Part shown: positions 38,057-48,100 of the stretch, piece after piece
Layout of the letters: every line of letters starts with the position of its first letter
How positions within the stretch are numbered: the stretch's first letter is position 1
IMG/VR virus record: IMGVR_UViG_3300028786_000006
Coordinates: 32,001 to 96,000 of that record
Source of the DNA: a virus
DNA: 64,000 bases
Strand: one strand, 5' to 3'
Made by a program: the position numbers and the translations under genes
The notes under the pieces: generated by a model
What the model was told of the DNA's origin: nothing
Database searches by the model: none
The model's input: only the letters and a program-made list of their open reading frames with translations

Positions 38057-38761
38057 ATGGCCGTGAACCAATATTTCAACCATTTCAACCGGCAATCTGA
38101 ACAGAAGCTGGTTGAGGACTTGCTCATTGAAGCGGTCCAGGCCCGTGGGGTCGATGTCAAGTACATCCCCCGTGAGCGCTTCGGCGACGACTACTTCCTC
38201 GGCGAAGCCCCCATCTCGGAGTTCACAGACTACTACACCGTCGAAATGTACGTGGAGTCCGTCCAGAATTTCAACGGCGACGGCGACATGTTCGCCAAGT
38301 TCGGGATCATGTTCCAGGACAAGACCGAGCTGTACGTCATCCACAGCCGGTTTACCGCCGAGCTGTTGGCTGCTGACATCGAGCGGCCGCGTGAAGGTGA
38401 CCTCATCTACCTCCCCTTCTCAAACAGCCTGTTTGAGATCAACAAGGTGAAGTATGACGAGGAGTACTACCAGACCGGGATCAACTTCGGCTTCCGCCTG
38501 GTTTGCAACCTGTTCGAATATTCACACGAGAAGATGGACACCGGTATCCCCGACATCGACGACATCAATCGCATCCACGAACGCAACCCGGTGGATGGTA
38601 ACGAAAGTGAAGTTGAAGTAGTACAGACTGGGTTCTTTGCCCAGGACGGCGCGGCGATGACCAAAGAGGCCGTCGGAAACTTCAAATCGTTCGACCCGAA
38701 AAACCCGTTTGGTGAATACGACCCAGACGCTCGCCACGAAAGGGGTGATGGCTCATGCTAG
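38057..38761 (+). CDS. gp14: Neck protein
   Basis: EQKLVEDL..E, YIPRE, FAKFG, RPREGDLIYLP; TAAGTA at 38027. Confidence 0.95.
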   Translation: MAVNQYFNHFNRQSEQKLVEDLLIEAVQARGVDVKYIPRERFGDDYFLGEAPISEFTDYYTVEMYVESVQNFNGDGDMFAKFGIMFQDKTELYVIHSRFTAELLAADIERPREGDLIYLPFSNSLFEINKVKYDEEYYQTGINFGFRLVCNLFEYSHEKMDTGIPDIDDINRIHERNPVDGNESEVEVVQTGFFAQDGAAMTKEAVGNFKSFDPKNPFGEYDPDARHERGDGSC

Positions 38762-39573
38762 CCAATCAGCATTTCTACCATGGGTCCATCCGCCGGTATA
38801 CCGTGCTGATGGGGAGCCTGTTTGACGGCATGACCATCCGGCGTAAGGCCGGGACCAAATCTGAATTGGTGCCTGTCCCGGTCAGTTACTCTTCTGGACA
38901 GGCATACCTGAAGTATACAGGTGAGCGTGACTCCCGGGAGAAGGACATCCCCCGGGTCAGTAAGATCCTACCGGCCCTGGTGTTTTCCCTGACCAGCTTC
39001 TCGTTCGACCCAATGCGCAAGCAAAACTCACGAGAGCGCATCCAGAACACCGTGAACAAAGGTGACGGGTCAGTCACCAGCTACGTCTTCGGGCGTGTAC
39101 CGTACGACTTCGAATATGAGGTCGCGGTGAAGACTAAGAATATGGATGACATGCTGCAAATCGTTGAGCAGATCATCCCATATTTCGACCCTTCGCTGGT
39201 GATCAAGATGGATGACTTGCCGGCCACCGACCTGGATGCTCACCAAGACATCCGGATAGAGATGACCAACGTCCAAATCGACGACATCTACGAAGGTGAC
39301 ATGGAAGACCACCGGATGGTCGAGTGTACTATGAACTTCATCCTCCATGGATTCCTGTACAAGCGGGTACTGTCCGGCGCCTCAATCGAGAAGCTGAACT
39401 ATCGCTATACCACGGATGGGTCTGGAGACCAAACTTCCCTCGAAGATCTGTTCAGCGCCAAGGGTGAAGAGACCCCGGTGGAAACCGCCGCGCGACTTCT
39501 GAGCAACACTCTCGAGGGTGAACTATTTGCCCGTGTCAACGTGAACGCCGGGCTTGCTGAGGATCAGCCATGA
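38755..39573 (+). CDS. gp15: Tail sheath stabiliser/terminator
   Basis: FYHGSIRRY...G.LF, VPVSY, VPY, QIVEQIIPYFDP. Confidence 0.94.
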   Translation: MLANQHFYHGSIRRYTVLMGSLFDGMTIRRKAGTKSELVPVPVSYSSGQAYLKYTGERDSREKDIPRVSKILPALVFSLTSFSFDPMRKQNSRERIQNTVNKGDGSVTSYVFGRVPYDFEYEVAVKTKNMDDMLQIVEQIIPYFDPSLVIKMDDLPATDLDAHQDIRIEMTNVQIDDIYEGDMEDHRMVECTMNFILHGFLYKRVLSGASIEKLNYRYTTDGSGDQTSLEDLFSAKGEETPVETAARLLSNTLEGELFARVNVNAGLAEDQP

Positions 39574-40187
39574 AAGATGATGACGAAAGCGGCGAACGCC
39601 CGTCGATGAAAGCCACGCTCGGGTTGGTTGTGAACAACGACCCGCGCAGCAAGAACATCCGGGATGTCACCGACGACCTGGACCGCCTGACCCGCTCTCT
39701 CGCGGGTGATGGTATGGACATCAAGAGCTTCGGGCCTGGCCAGGACGATGACGACGAAGAGCCCCTACTGGAAGAGGCTGAGCTGGTAATTCTGGCCAAA
39801 CCGAGTTCGGTGATGGACTACCGAGAGTCTGATGTCAGCGAGGACTACCGGTACAGCCGTCAGATGCTCTATACGCTCCTCCATGAAGGAGGCTTGGCGT
39901 TGGCGTCAGCCTTACGGCTTGCGAAGCAGAGCCAGCACCCGAGGGCATTCGAGATCGTCAACAGCATGACCAATACCATGCGCGATCTCACCAAAGACCT
40001 GATGGTTCTTCAGAAAGCCTTCAACGACGTCACAGCCGGCAAGGAAGAGATGAAGAAGTTGCCGGGCGCGGTAGACGGCCAGGCGGCCTTGCCTGAACAC
40101 GAGAAGAAGATGTCAGGGACGACTGCAGACATCCTGAGGCTCGTGAAAGAAGCCCAAGGGGTGACGAGTGAGCAAAAGACAAACTGA
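39570..40187 (+). CDS. gp16: Terminase small subunit
   Basis: DYRYSR, QHPRAFE, GTTADIL. Confidence 0.9.
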   Translation: MKDDDESGERPSMKATLGLVVNNDPRSKNIRDVTDDLDRLTRSLAGDGMDIKSFGPGQDDDDEEPLLEEAELVILAKPSSVMDYRESDVSEDYRYSRQMLYTLLHEGGLALASALRLAKQSQHPRAFEIVNSMTNTMRDLTKDLMVLQKAFNDVTAGKEEMKKLPGAVDGQAALPEHEKKMSGTTADILRLVKEAQGVTSEQKTN

Positions 40188-41877
40188 ATATGCGCCTTTC
40201 AAGCAGGGGTTCCCGGTAGCCGACGTCAGGCTTCCAATGGACAAGACGTACCGGGATAACCCCCAGATTAAGAAAGCTGATGTTGTCCTAGACCTGAATG
40301 AAGAACAGGTCATGGAACTCATCAAGTGCATGAACGACCCGATTTACTTCTGTCGTAACTATGTGAAGATCAGGACCACGGACGGTAAGATTCAGAACTT
40401 TGAACCTTACCCGTACCAGATCGAACTGATCAAGATGATGGTCGAATGTCGGTTCGTTGCCGCGCTGTTCGGGCGTCAGCAAGGTAAGACCACGACAGTA
40501 GGCGCGGTGATTGCCTGGTTCGGCATCTTCAACGAAAACCAGGACATGGCCATCCTCGCGAACAAGGGTGACCAGGCTCAGGAAATCGTTAGCCGTATCC
40601 AATTGGTGATCGAAAACCTTCCGTTCTTTATGCAGCCAGGTGTGCGCATCTGGAACAAACGATCCATGGAGCTCGGTAATGGCACCCGGATCTTCTCTGC
40701 TGCTACATCGGCCAGCTCCATCCGGGGCCGGTCCGTGTCCTTCCTCTATATCGACGAAGCGGCACACATCGCCAATGACATGGAATTCTATGAGTCCACC
40801 TACCCGGTAATTTCGGCTGGTGAAAACTCACGGGTGGTTATGACCACCACACCGAAGGGTGCGAGGGGGATGTTCTATCACCTCTATACCCAGGGCGAGA
40901 AAAAGCTCAACGATTACGCCACCATCAAATCGATCTGGAGCGACGTACCGGGTCGGGGTGAGAAGTGGAAGGCGACCACGCTGGCCAACATTGGCGGCAT
41001 GGCTCAGTGGCTCCAGGAATTCTGTTGTGAGTTCATCGGTTCCAGCGGCACGCTGATCAACCCTGAAGTTCTTCAGAGATTACAGTTCTCGAACCCCCTG
41101 AAAGAGTCGAAAGACGGTCACACCAAGATCTATTCTGAGGCTCGGGAAAACCGTAAGTACATCGCCATCGCTGACTGCGCCGAAGGCGTCGAGCAGGACA
41201 GTTCAGTACTCACAATCATCGATGTGGAAGAAATCCCATATCAGGTCGTGGCCAAGTACAAGAACAACAAGATCAGCCCGCTGCTGTTTCCATACACGAT
41301 TGTCAGCATGTGTAAGCAGTATGGCGGTTGCCCGGTCCTTGTCGAGTCCAACAATGACGTCGGTGGCCAGGTCACATACATCCTGAAGTACGAACTCGAA
41401 TACGAGGGAACACTGGGGTGCACGACTGACCGCAAGGGCCGTGAACTGAAGATCGGCGGGTACGGCGCCAAGCCTGGGGTCAAGACGACCCGGAAGGTCA
41501 AGAACGTTGGCTGTTCCAACCTCAAGACCCTCGTGGAAATGGACAAGCTGGTCCTTCACGACGAAGACATGCTCCAGGAACTGGGGACATTCATCGAGAA
41601 GAACAACAGCTACGAGGCCGACGACGATTGCCACGACGATTGCGTCATGACCTTGGTCCTGTTTTCGTGGTTGGTGAAACAGACATTCTTCATGGACTAT
41701 TCCAACAGCAACATCGTGACCAACCTGTATGACACCGTGGTGTCGGTAATGGATGAAGAGCTTCTTCCATTCGGGTTCATCGTCGATGCGGCTGAAGACA
41801 ACGAATCGGAATACAGAGAATACATGGGGATCAGGATCCACGAAGGTGGTTCCCTCGATGAATTCTTTCAGAACTGA
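40168..41877 (+). CDS. gp17: Terminase large subunit
   Basis: RQQGKTT, LYIDEAA, TTPKG, QEFCCEF, HDDCVM. Confidence 0.97.
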   Translation: MSKRQTEYAPFKQGFPVADVRLPMDKTYRDNPQIKKADVVLDLNEEQVMELIKCMNDPIYFCRNYVKIRTTDGKIQNFEPYPYQIELIKMMVECRFVAALFGRQQGKTTTVGAVIAWFGIFNENQDMAILANKGDQAQEIVSRIQLVIENLPFFMQPGVRIWNKRSMELGNGTRIFSAATSASSIRGRSVSFLYIDEAAHIANDMEFYESTYPVISAGENSRVVMTTTPKGARGMFYHLYTQGEKKLNDYATIKSIWSDVPGRGEKWKATTLANIGGMAQWLQEFCCEFIGSSGTLINPEVLQRLQFSNPLKESKDGHTKIYSEARENRKYIAIADCAEGVEQDSSVLTIIDVEEIPYQVVAKYKNNKISPLLFPYTIVSMCKQYGGCPVLVESNNDVGGQVTYILKYELEYEGTLGCTTDRKGRELKIGGYGAKPGVKTTRKVKNVGCSNLKTLVEMDKLVLHDEDMLQELGTFIEKNNSYEADDDCHDDCVMTLVLFSWLVKQTFFMDYSNSNIVTNLYDTVVSVMDEELLPFGFIVDAAEDNESEYREYMGIRIHEGGSLDEFFQN

Positions 41878-41937
41878 AGCCCGCGCCTAAGTATCCGACA
41901 CTGCTATCAATCTGCGTGAACAACGAGGACCATCTCA

Positions 41938-44376
41938 ATGGCATTTTCCGTATCACCTTCCGTCGAGTTCACCGAACGCGACGCATCGGTATACGCGGAC
42001 CCACAGGTAGACGTGATCGGCGGTATGCCCGGCGTCTTCCTGTGGGGTCCAGCAAACGTACCGACCCTCATCACCGGCGGCGAACGCAATCTGGTCGACG
42101 TCTTCTACAAGCCGAATGACGAGACCTACCTGAGCTTCTTCGTGTTGGCCGACTACCTGTCGTACAGCTCGAAAGCCCAAGTGATTCGTTGCCTCGGCCC
42201 AGCGGCCCGCAACGCCGTACCGGAAGGCCAAGAACCTGTCAAAGTCGAAAACGACGATGACGCTGAGACCACTCAGCTGCCTGGCTACGACTTCTACGCT
42301 CGCTTCCCGGGCGCCCTGGGCAACGGCCTGTCGGTCGAAATCTGCGGTAAAGATGAATACGCCGCCTGGGAATTCCGTGGTTCGTTCAACTACACCCCAC
42401 AGGTAGGTGAATACCACATCGCTGTGATCGACACCACCGGCGCGTTTACCGGCGAAGGTGCGGCTCAGCAAACCGAAGGCCTGAACCTGAGCGGTAAAGT
42501 CGTTGGTGGCACCTACGAAGCTTTCACCCTGGCGGTGACTGCTGCGGCCCCAATCGCTTCCGGTAAACCTGAGATCATTCAGGTGCAGCTGGCAGGCGCG
42601 ACCACTGGCACCACTGTGACCATCCTCGGTCAAGCTGTTACTGTGAACGTCGGTGAAGATGCTTCGGTTGTAGCCGGTAAGGCTGAAACTCTGCTGAACA
42701 GCCTGCCAGCATTCGCGGGTGTTGTTCGTACTGGTGCAACCCTGGTTGTCACCTACGCCGCGAACACTGACCAGTCGCCTGTGCCTAACGGCGTGGAAAA
42801 CGGCATCACCAAGACGCATAGCGTGATTCAGCAGGGCAACAACACCAGCGTGATCGCCCTGGGTGGTACCAACGTGACCCTGACCGATGGCTTCACCGCC
42901 GCCGAAGTCGTGGCCGCCATCGCTACCGCCCTGACCGCTGACCCGGCTGTCAAGGAAGTTACCGTCCAAGGCACTAACGTCATGGCGAAGCGCTCTCCAG
43001 CTGCTTCTCTCGTGCCGATCGTGGAGTTTAATGCTGGTGGCCTGGTTATCGAGCCGACCATCACGACTCCTGCCAATACCGCCACTCCGGTGACTGTATT
43101 CGGTATTGTCGTGCAACTGGCCGACGGCGACACCCCTGGCCAAGCCGCGACCAAAATCGCGTCTGCTATCACCACATCCCCTGATGTGGCTAGCGCGACC
43201 GCTGCGGGTTCCACTGTCGTGTACCTGCGCAAGACGAAAGGCCGCAAGGTTGCCCTGACCGGTTTCGCCTCTTCGGGTCTGATCGGTACTGTCAACGTCC
43301 GTCAGACTGGTCGCCTGGGCTCGGTGCTCGAGAAATACGAGCTGATGAACGCCACCAAGGGTTCGAAGCACGCGAACGGCACCAGTGCTTACTTCGTGGA
43401 CAGCATCAACCGTAGCTCTCGCTATGTACGTGTTGGTGATGGCAGTGTTCTTCTGAGCACTCGCAGCGTGGCCTTCCTCGGCGGCGTCGATGACAACGTG
43501 AACGTGAACCTGACCAGCGGCTTCAACGAGTTGCTGAACAGCGAACGTCTCTCGGTGGACAACATCATCGCCGGCGCGGTAAGCGTTCAGGAACAGAAGG
43601 TCGCGTTCGACACCGCTGAATCCCGTCGTGACTGCATTGGCTGGGCTTCCCCTCCGATGGAAGCGGTGGTGAACAACCGCCAGAACGAAGTCGCTGCAGT
43701 CGTCGAATGGCGTCTGAACGAGTTCAACCCGAACACCTCCTACGGTGTGATGGACTGCAACTGGGCACTCATCTACGACAAGTACAACGATGTCAACCGC
43801 TGGATTCCTTGCTGCGGTGGCACTGCTGGCCTGTCGGCCCGGACTACCATCCTGGGCGAAGCGTGGTTCAGCCCGGCCGGCTACACCTACGGCCGTTACA
43901 AGAACTACATCCGCCTGGCATGGTCACCTGAGAAAACGCAGCGCGATGAGCTGTTCAAGAATCAGGTTAACCCGGTCATCAACGATCTCGGTAACGGCAT
44001 CGTGTTGTTCGGTGACAAAACTTCGATCACTCGCCCGAGCTCTTTCGACGCCATCAACGTCCGGAAGCTGTTCATCTTCCTCGAGAAGACCATGGCGAAC
44101 ATGGCGAAGTTTTACCTGTTCGGCATCAACGATGCGTTCACCCGCAAACAGTTCCTCGCGGCGGCCAACCCGCTGTTCCGAACTGTCCAGGGTCGCCGGG
44201 GCATCACCGACTTCCGCATCATCTGCGACGAGTCGAACAACCCAGGCGATGCGGTCGACCGGAAAGAGATGAACTGCGCGTTCTACGTGAAGCCAACCCT
44301 CTCCATTCGGAACATCTACCTGAACTTCGTCAGCGTCGGCCAGTCCGTCAGCTTCGAAGAAGTGGAAGGCATCTGA
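41938..44376 (+). CDS. gp18: Tail sheath protein with inserted repeat domains
   Basis: SPSVEFTE.D, YDKYNDVNRWIP, WFSPAG, INVRKLF; TAAGTA at 41888. Confidence 0.96.
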   Translation: MAFSVSPSVEFTERDASVYADPQVDVIGGMPGVFLWGPANVPTLITGGERNLVDVFYKPNDETYLSFFVLADYLSYSSKAQVIRCLGPAARNAVPEGQEPVKVENDDDAETTQLPGYDFYARFPGALGNGLSVEICGKDEYAAWEFRGSFNYTPQVGEYHIAVIDTTGAFTGEGAAQQTEGLNLSGKVVGGTYEAFTLAVTAAAPIASGKPEIIQVQLAGATTGTTVTILGQAVTVNVGEDASVVAGKAETLLNSLPAFAGVVRTGATLVVTYAANTDQSPVPNGVENGITKTHSVIQQGNNTSVIALGGTNVTLTDGFTAAEVVAAIATALTADPAVKEVTVQGTNVMAKRSPAASLVPIVEFNAGGLVIEPTITTPANTATPVTVFGIVVQLADGDTPGQAATKIASAITTSPDVASATAAGSTVVYLRKTKGRKVALTGFASSGLIGTVNVRQTGRLGSVLEKYELMNATKGSKHANGTSAYFVDSINRSSRYVRVGDGSVLLSTRSVAFLGGVDDNVNVNLTSGFNELLNSERLSVDNIIAGAVSVQEQKVAFDTAESRRDCIGWASPPMEAVVNNRQNEVAAVVEWRLNEFNPNTSYGVMDCNWALIYDKYNDVNRWIPCCGGTAGLSARTTILGEAWFSPAGYTYGRYKNYIRLAWSPEKTQRDELFKNQVNPVINDLGNGIVLFGDKTSITRPSSFDAINVRKLFIFLEKTMANMAKFYLFGINDAFTRKQFLAAANPLFRTVQGRRGITDFRIICDESNNPGDAVDRKEMNCAFYVKPTLSIRNIYLNFVSVGQSVSFEEVEGI

Positions 44377-44425
44377 TTAACCGGGCCGGGGAAACTCGGC
44401 CCAACACCCATTCAGGAGAATATCC

Positions 44426-44956
44426 ATGCCTAACATCGCTGATTTCTTGGCGAGTATCTCGTCTGGCGTTCACCGCCAGTACAAGTACCGGGTAACCGTC
44501 AACTTCCCGCCTACCGTCGGGGACAATGACACCACCCGTACTGCGTCGCTCCTGGCCAAGTCTACCTCGGTGCCCCAGAGCATCCTTGGTGAGATCGTCA
44601 TCAACTGGGGTGGTCGTGAGATCCCGTTGCCGGGCGACCGTACCTTCCCTGAGTTTACGCTCAGCTTCATCAACACCAACGACTACGACGTGCGGAACGC
44701 CTGGGAATCCTGGTCTGAAATGATCAACGGTTCCGAGTCCAACACCGCCGGTGTCATCGATCCTGATGACTACATGCGCGACGTCACGCTCGAGATGCTC
44801 GGCCCTACCGACAATGTCATCAAGACCTACGTTCTCCAGAACGCCTGGCCGAAAGAAGTGGGTGCCATCGCCCTCGACATGACGTCTCTTGACAGTTTTT
44901 CAGAATACGATGTAGTGATGCGTTACATCAACCTGGCGTCTAACGTCACTCGTTGA
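44426..44956 (+). CDS. gp19: Tail tube protein
   Basis: GREIPLPGDRTF, RNAWESW, NAWP..VG. Confidence 0.95.
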   Translation: MPNIADFLASISSGVHRQYKYRVTVNFPPTVGDNDTTRTASLLAKSTSVPQSILGEIVINWGGREIPLPGDRTFPEFTLSFINTNDYDVRNAWESWSEMINGSESNTAGVIDPDDYMRDVTLEMLGPTDNVIKTYVLQNAWPKEVGAIALDMTSLDSFSEYDVVMRYINLASNVTR

Positions 44957-45054
44957 TCCTTCGGGCGCAAAGCCAACCGCCCCTGACGGCTATGGTTGGT
45001 GGAGGAACCCAGGTGGCCATCAGGGGCTACGCTGGGTGAGACCTCGAAGAAACA

Positions 45055-45090
45055 AAAGGGAGCCAGCGCAAGCTGACTCCCTTTTTCTTT
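45055..45090 (+). terminator. Intrinsic terminator, near-copy of the 1206 terminator
   Basis: AAAAGGGAGCCAGCGCAAGCTGACTCCCTTTTT. Confidence 0.85.
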
Positions 45091-45170
45091 GCCTGAATGG
45101 TTCTAGTTGAGCGAAACTAGCTCGCACCTAATTATTCACAGTATGGGTATCCACACCACAGGAATTCAGT

Positions 45171-48100
45171 ATGTCCGATATCGACACAAGTAACGCGCCC
45201 TACTACGATGATTTTGACGCGGACAAGGGATTCTTGCGAGTCCTGTTCCGCCCGAAGTCGGTCCAAGCGCGTGAGCTGACACAGGCTCAAACCATTCTGC
45301 AGGAACAGGTTAACCGCCTGGGCCGGCATCTGTTCACCGAGGGGGCTATGGTCATCCCTGGTGGTATTCGCATCAGCAGCCAGCAGGACTACGTCAAACT
45401 GACGTTTATCTCTGGCTCGGTGTATGACGACATCGTTGACCGCACCGACATGGTCGTGTCCTCTGTCGTAAGCGGCCTGACTGCCAAAGTCAAGAAGGTT
45501 ATCCCAGCCGAAGGCGAAGACCCACCGTCGATCTTCGTGGAGTACACCAACTCCGGCTCGGACAACATGACCAAGAAGTTCTCGGTCGGGGAAAGTCTGA
45601 AGTTCTCTATCACCGTGGACAGCGTCAACCAGAACATCGCGAACGCTCGTTCGGATGCAGTAGGCTTCGGCACCTGGGCTCAGGTAGCGGCCGGCGTTTA
45701 CTTCGTGCGCGGCTTCATGGTTCAGAACGCAGCCCAAGACGTGGTGGTGTCGAAGTACACCCAGGACTCGTCCAATCGTATCGGCTTCAATGTTGTCGAA
45801 AGTATCGTCACCGAAGACGACGACGACAGCCTGCTGTCGAACGCCCAGGGTACTCCCAACTTCAAAGCGCCGGGCGCTCATCGCCTGAAGATCGAACTGA
45901 AGCTGGCGACCGTGTCCACGGATTCGGCTGTCGACGACAATTTCATCGAGCTCGCTCGGGTCGAAGACGGTGAGACCAAGGAGCTGGTGGTTGACACCGA
46001 ATACGCTCAGCTGATGAAAACCCTGGCTCAGCGCACTTACGAAGAGTCTGGTGACTACAGCCTGGGCCAATACGATTTCGTGCTGCGTGAGCACATCAAG
46101 GACTCCACCCATCCGGATGGCGTGTTCTCTGATGACAAGGGCGGCGACGAGTCGAAATTCGTGTTCGGTGTCAAGCCGAGCATCTCGTATGTCAAGGGCT
46201 ACCGGGTTCAGAACATCGCGACTGATTACGTCCCTGTTGAGAAGGCCCGCGACACCAATTTTGTGAACAACGCCGTGAGCTCGGCGATCTACCAGAACTA
46301 CCTGATCATCACCGGCATTCACAGCTTGCCTCCGACCGACATCCGGAAGAAGATCAGCCTGCATGATGCCCCGATCGTAGCCGGCAACACCGCCGGTTCC
46401 ATCATCGGCACCGCCCGCGTTCGCGCCATCCAGTTCGTGGCCGCCGGTTCCATCAAGGTGTTCCTGACCGACATCAAGATGAACAGCGGTAAGACGTTTA
46501 GCCAAGTACAGGGTCTGCGTTATACCGATGCTTCCAGCCTGTTCGGTGCAACTGTTTCCAGTGCTTCCATGTACGGTAGCAACCAGAACACCATGCTGTT
46601 CCCGTTGCCTTACCCGGCGACCAAGTCCCTGAAGCGGGCCGGTGCATCTGACACCACCTACGCGGTGACCCGTCAATACACGGTGACCACCAACGCATCT
46701 GGCGTTGCAACGGTTTCTCTGTCGTCCAACGAAACCTTCTCGACGCCTAACCAGGTCGAGTACCTCCTCTCCGCTACCGGGGCGGCTAACACAGGCGGCG
46801 CAGTAGCTTGGGCCGAGGGTCTGTTTGTACTCAGTGGCAGCCCCGTAGGACGTTCGATCACCATCAACGCCGGTGTGGGTAACGCGAGCAAGACCTTCGT
46901 GGCGAACGTGGTGGTTATCAAGCAACAACCACTGGAGAAGACCAAGACCAAGACCGTCAAGGTCGACGTCGTCACATTCACAGCCGAAACGTTCAAGGCT
47001 CTGACGAAGTGTGATGGGTTCAAACTGAACTCGGTTATCAACGACGCCACCGGCGAAGTAGTGACCAACAGCTACAACTTCTTCAATGGTCAGACTGATA
47101 ACGGTTACCGGGTCTGTGAGTTGCGCAGCAAAAGCGGCGCGGTCACCGGCGTTTTCCAGGTCACCTACGAATACTTCGAACACAGCCTTGGCGACTTCTT
47201 CAGCGTCGACTCGTACTCGAACGTGAATTATCAGGACATCCCGACTTACATCTCGTCTTCTGGGGCAGCTTATGAACTCAGCGATTGCTTGGACTTCCGG
47301 GCTCTCTACGATGCTTCTGGTGAAATCACTTCGGTTACTTTCGCTGGTGACGTTATTCGCCCTAGCGATACTGTGCGTGTTGATGTTGAGTACTATCTTC
47401 CTCGGCGCGATAGTGTATATGTGTCTTCTGATGGCACTTTTGGCGTTGTCAAAGGCGTTCCTGGTGATGAACCAGTATACCCGGAAGTGCCAACGGACTC
47501 GATGAAGATTGCTGAGCTGACTATCTCAGCTTACACCTTCGACCCGCTCAACGTCATCGTCCGCTTGATCGACAACAAGCGCTACACCATGCGCGACATC
47601 GGCAAGCTGGAACGTCGGATCGAAAACCTCGAGTACTACACCACTCTGAGCGCCATCGAATCGAAGGTCAACAAGACCCAGATCATTGACCCGGTAACCG
47701 GTAATGACCGATTCAAAAACGGTTTCGCGACTGACGGTTTCAGCGACTTCCGCCTGTGCGACCTCGACAGCGAAGAGTTCATGTTTGCCCTTGACCTCGA
47801 CGCAACCGTAGGCCAACCGGCATTCAGCCAGTTCCCTGGCGATATGGAATTCGGGTCCGGGGCCAACCATGCGAAGGGCCTGGGCCTTGTGAGCAAGTCT
47901 TACACGCTCAAGAAGACCATCGAACAGCCGTACGCGACCCGCATGATCAACGTTAACCCGTTTGCAGTGTTCACATGGAACGGTTACGTGAGTCTGAACC
48001 CAGCGTCGGACTTCTGGAGGGACGTCTGGTACTTGCCGCCGGTCATGGTCAACCAAACGGTCGACAACCGGGGCGCGGCCGTACAGGGCACAGTGGTCAA

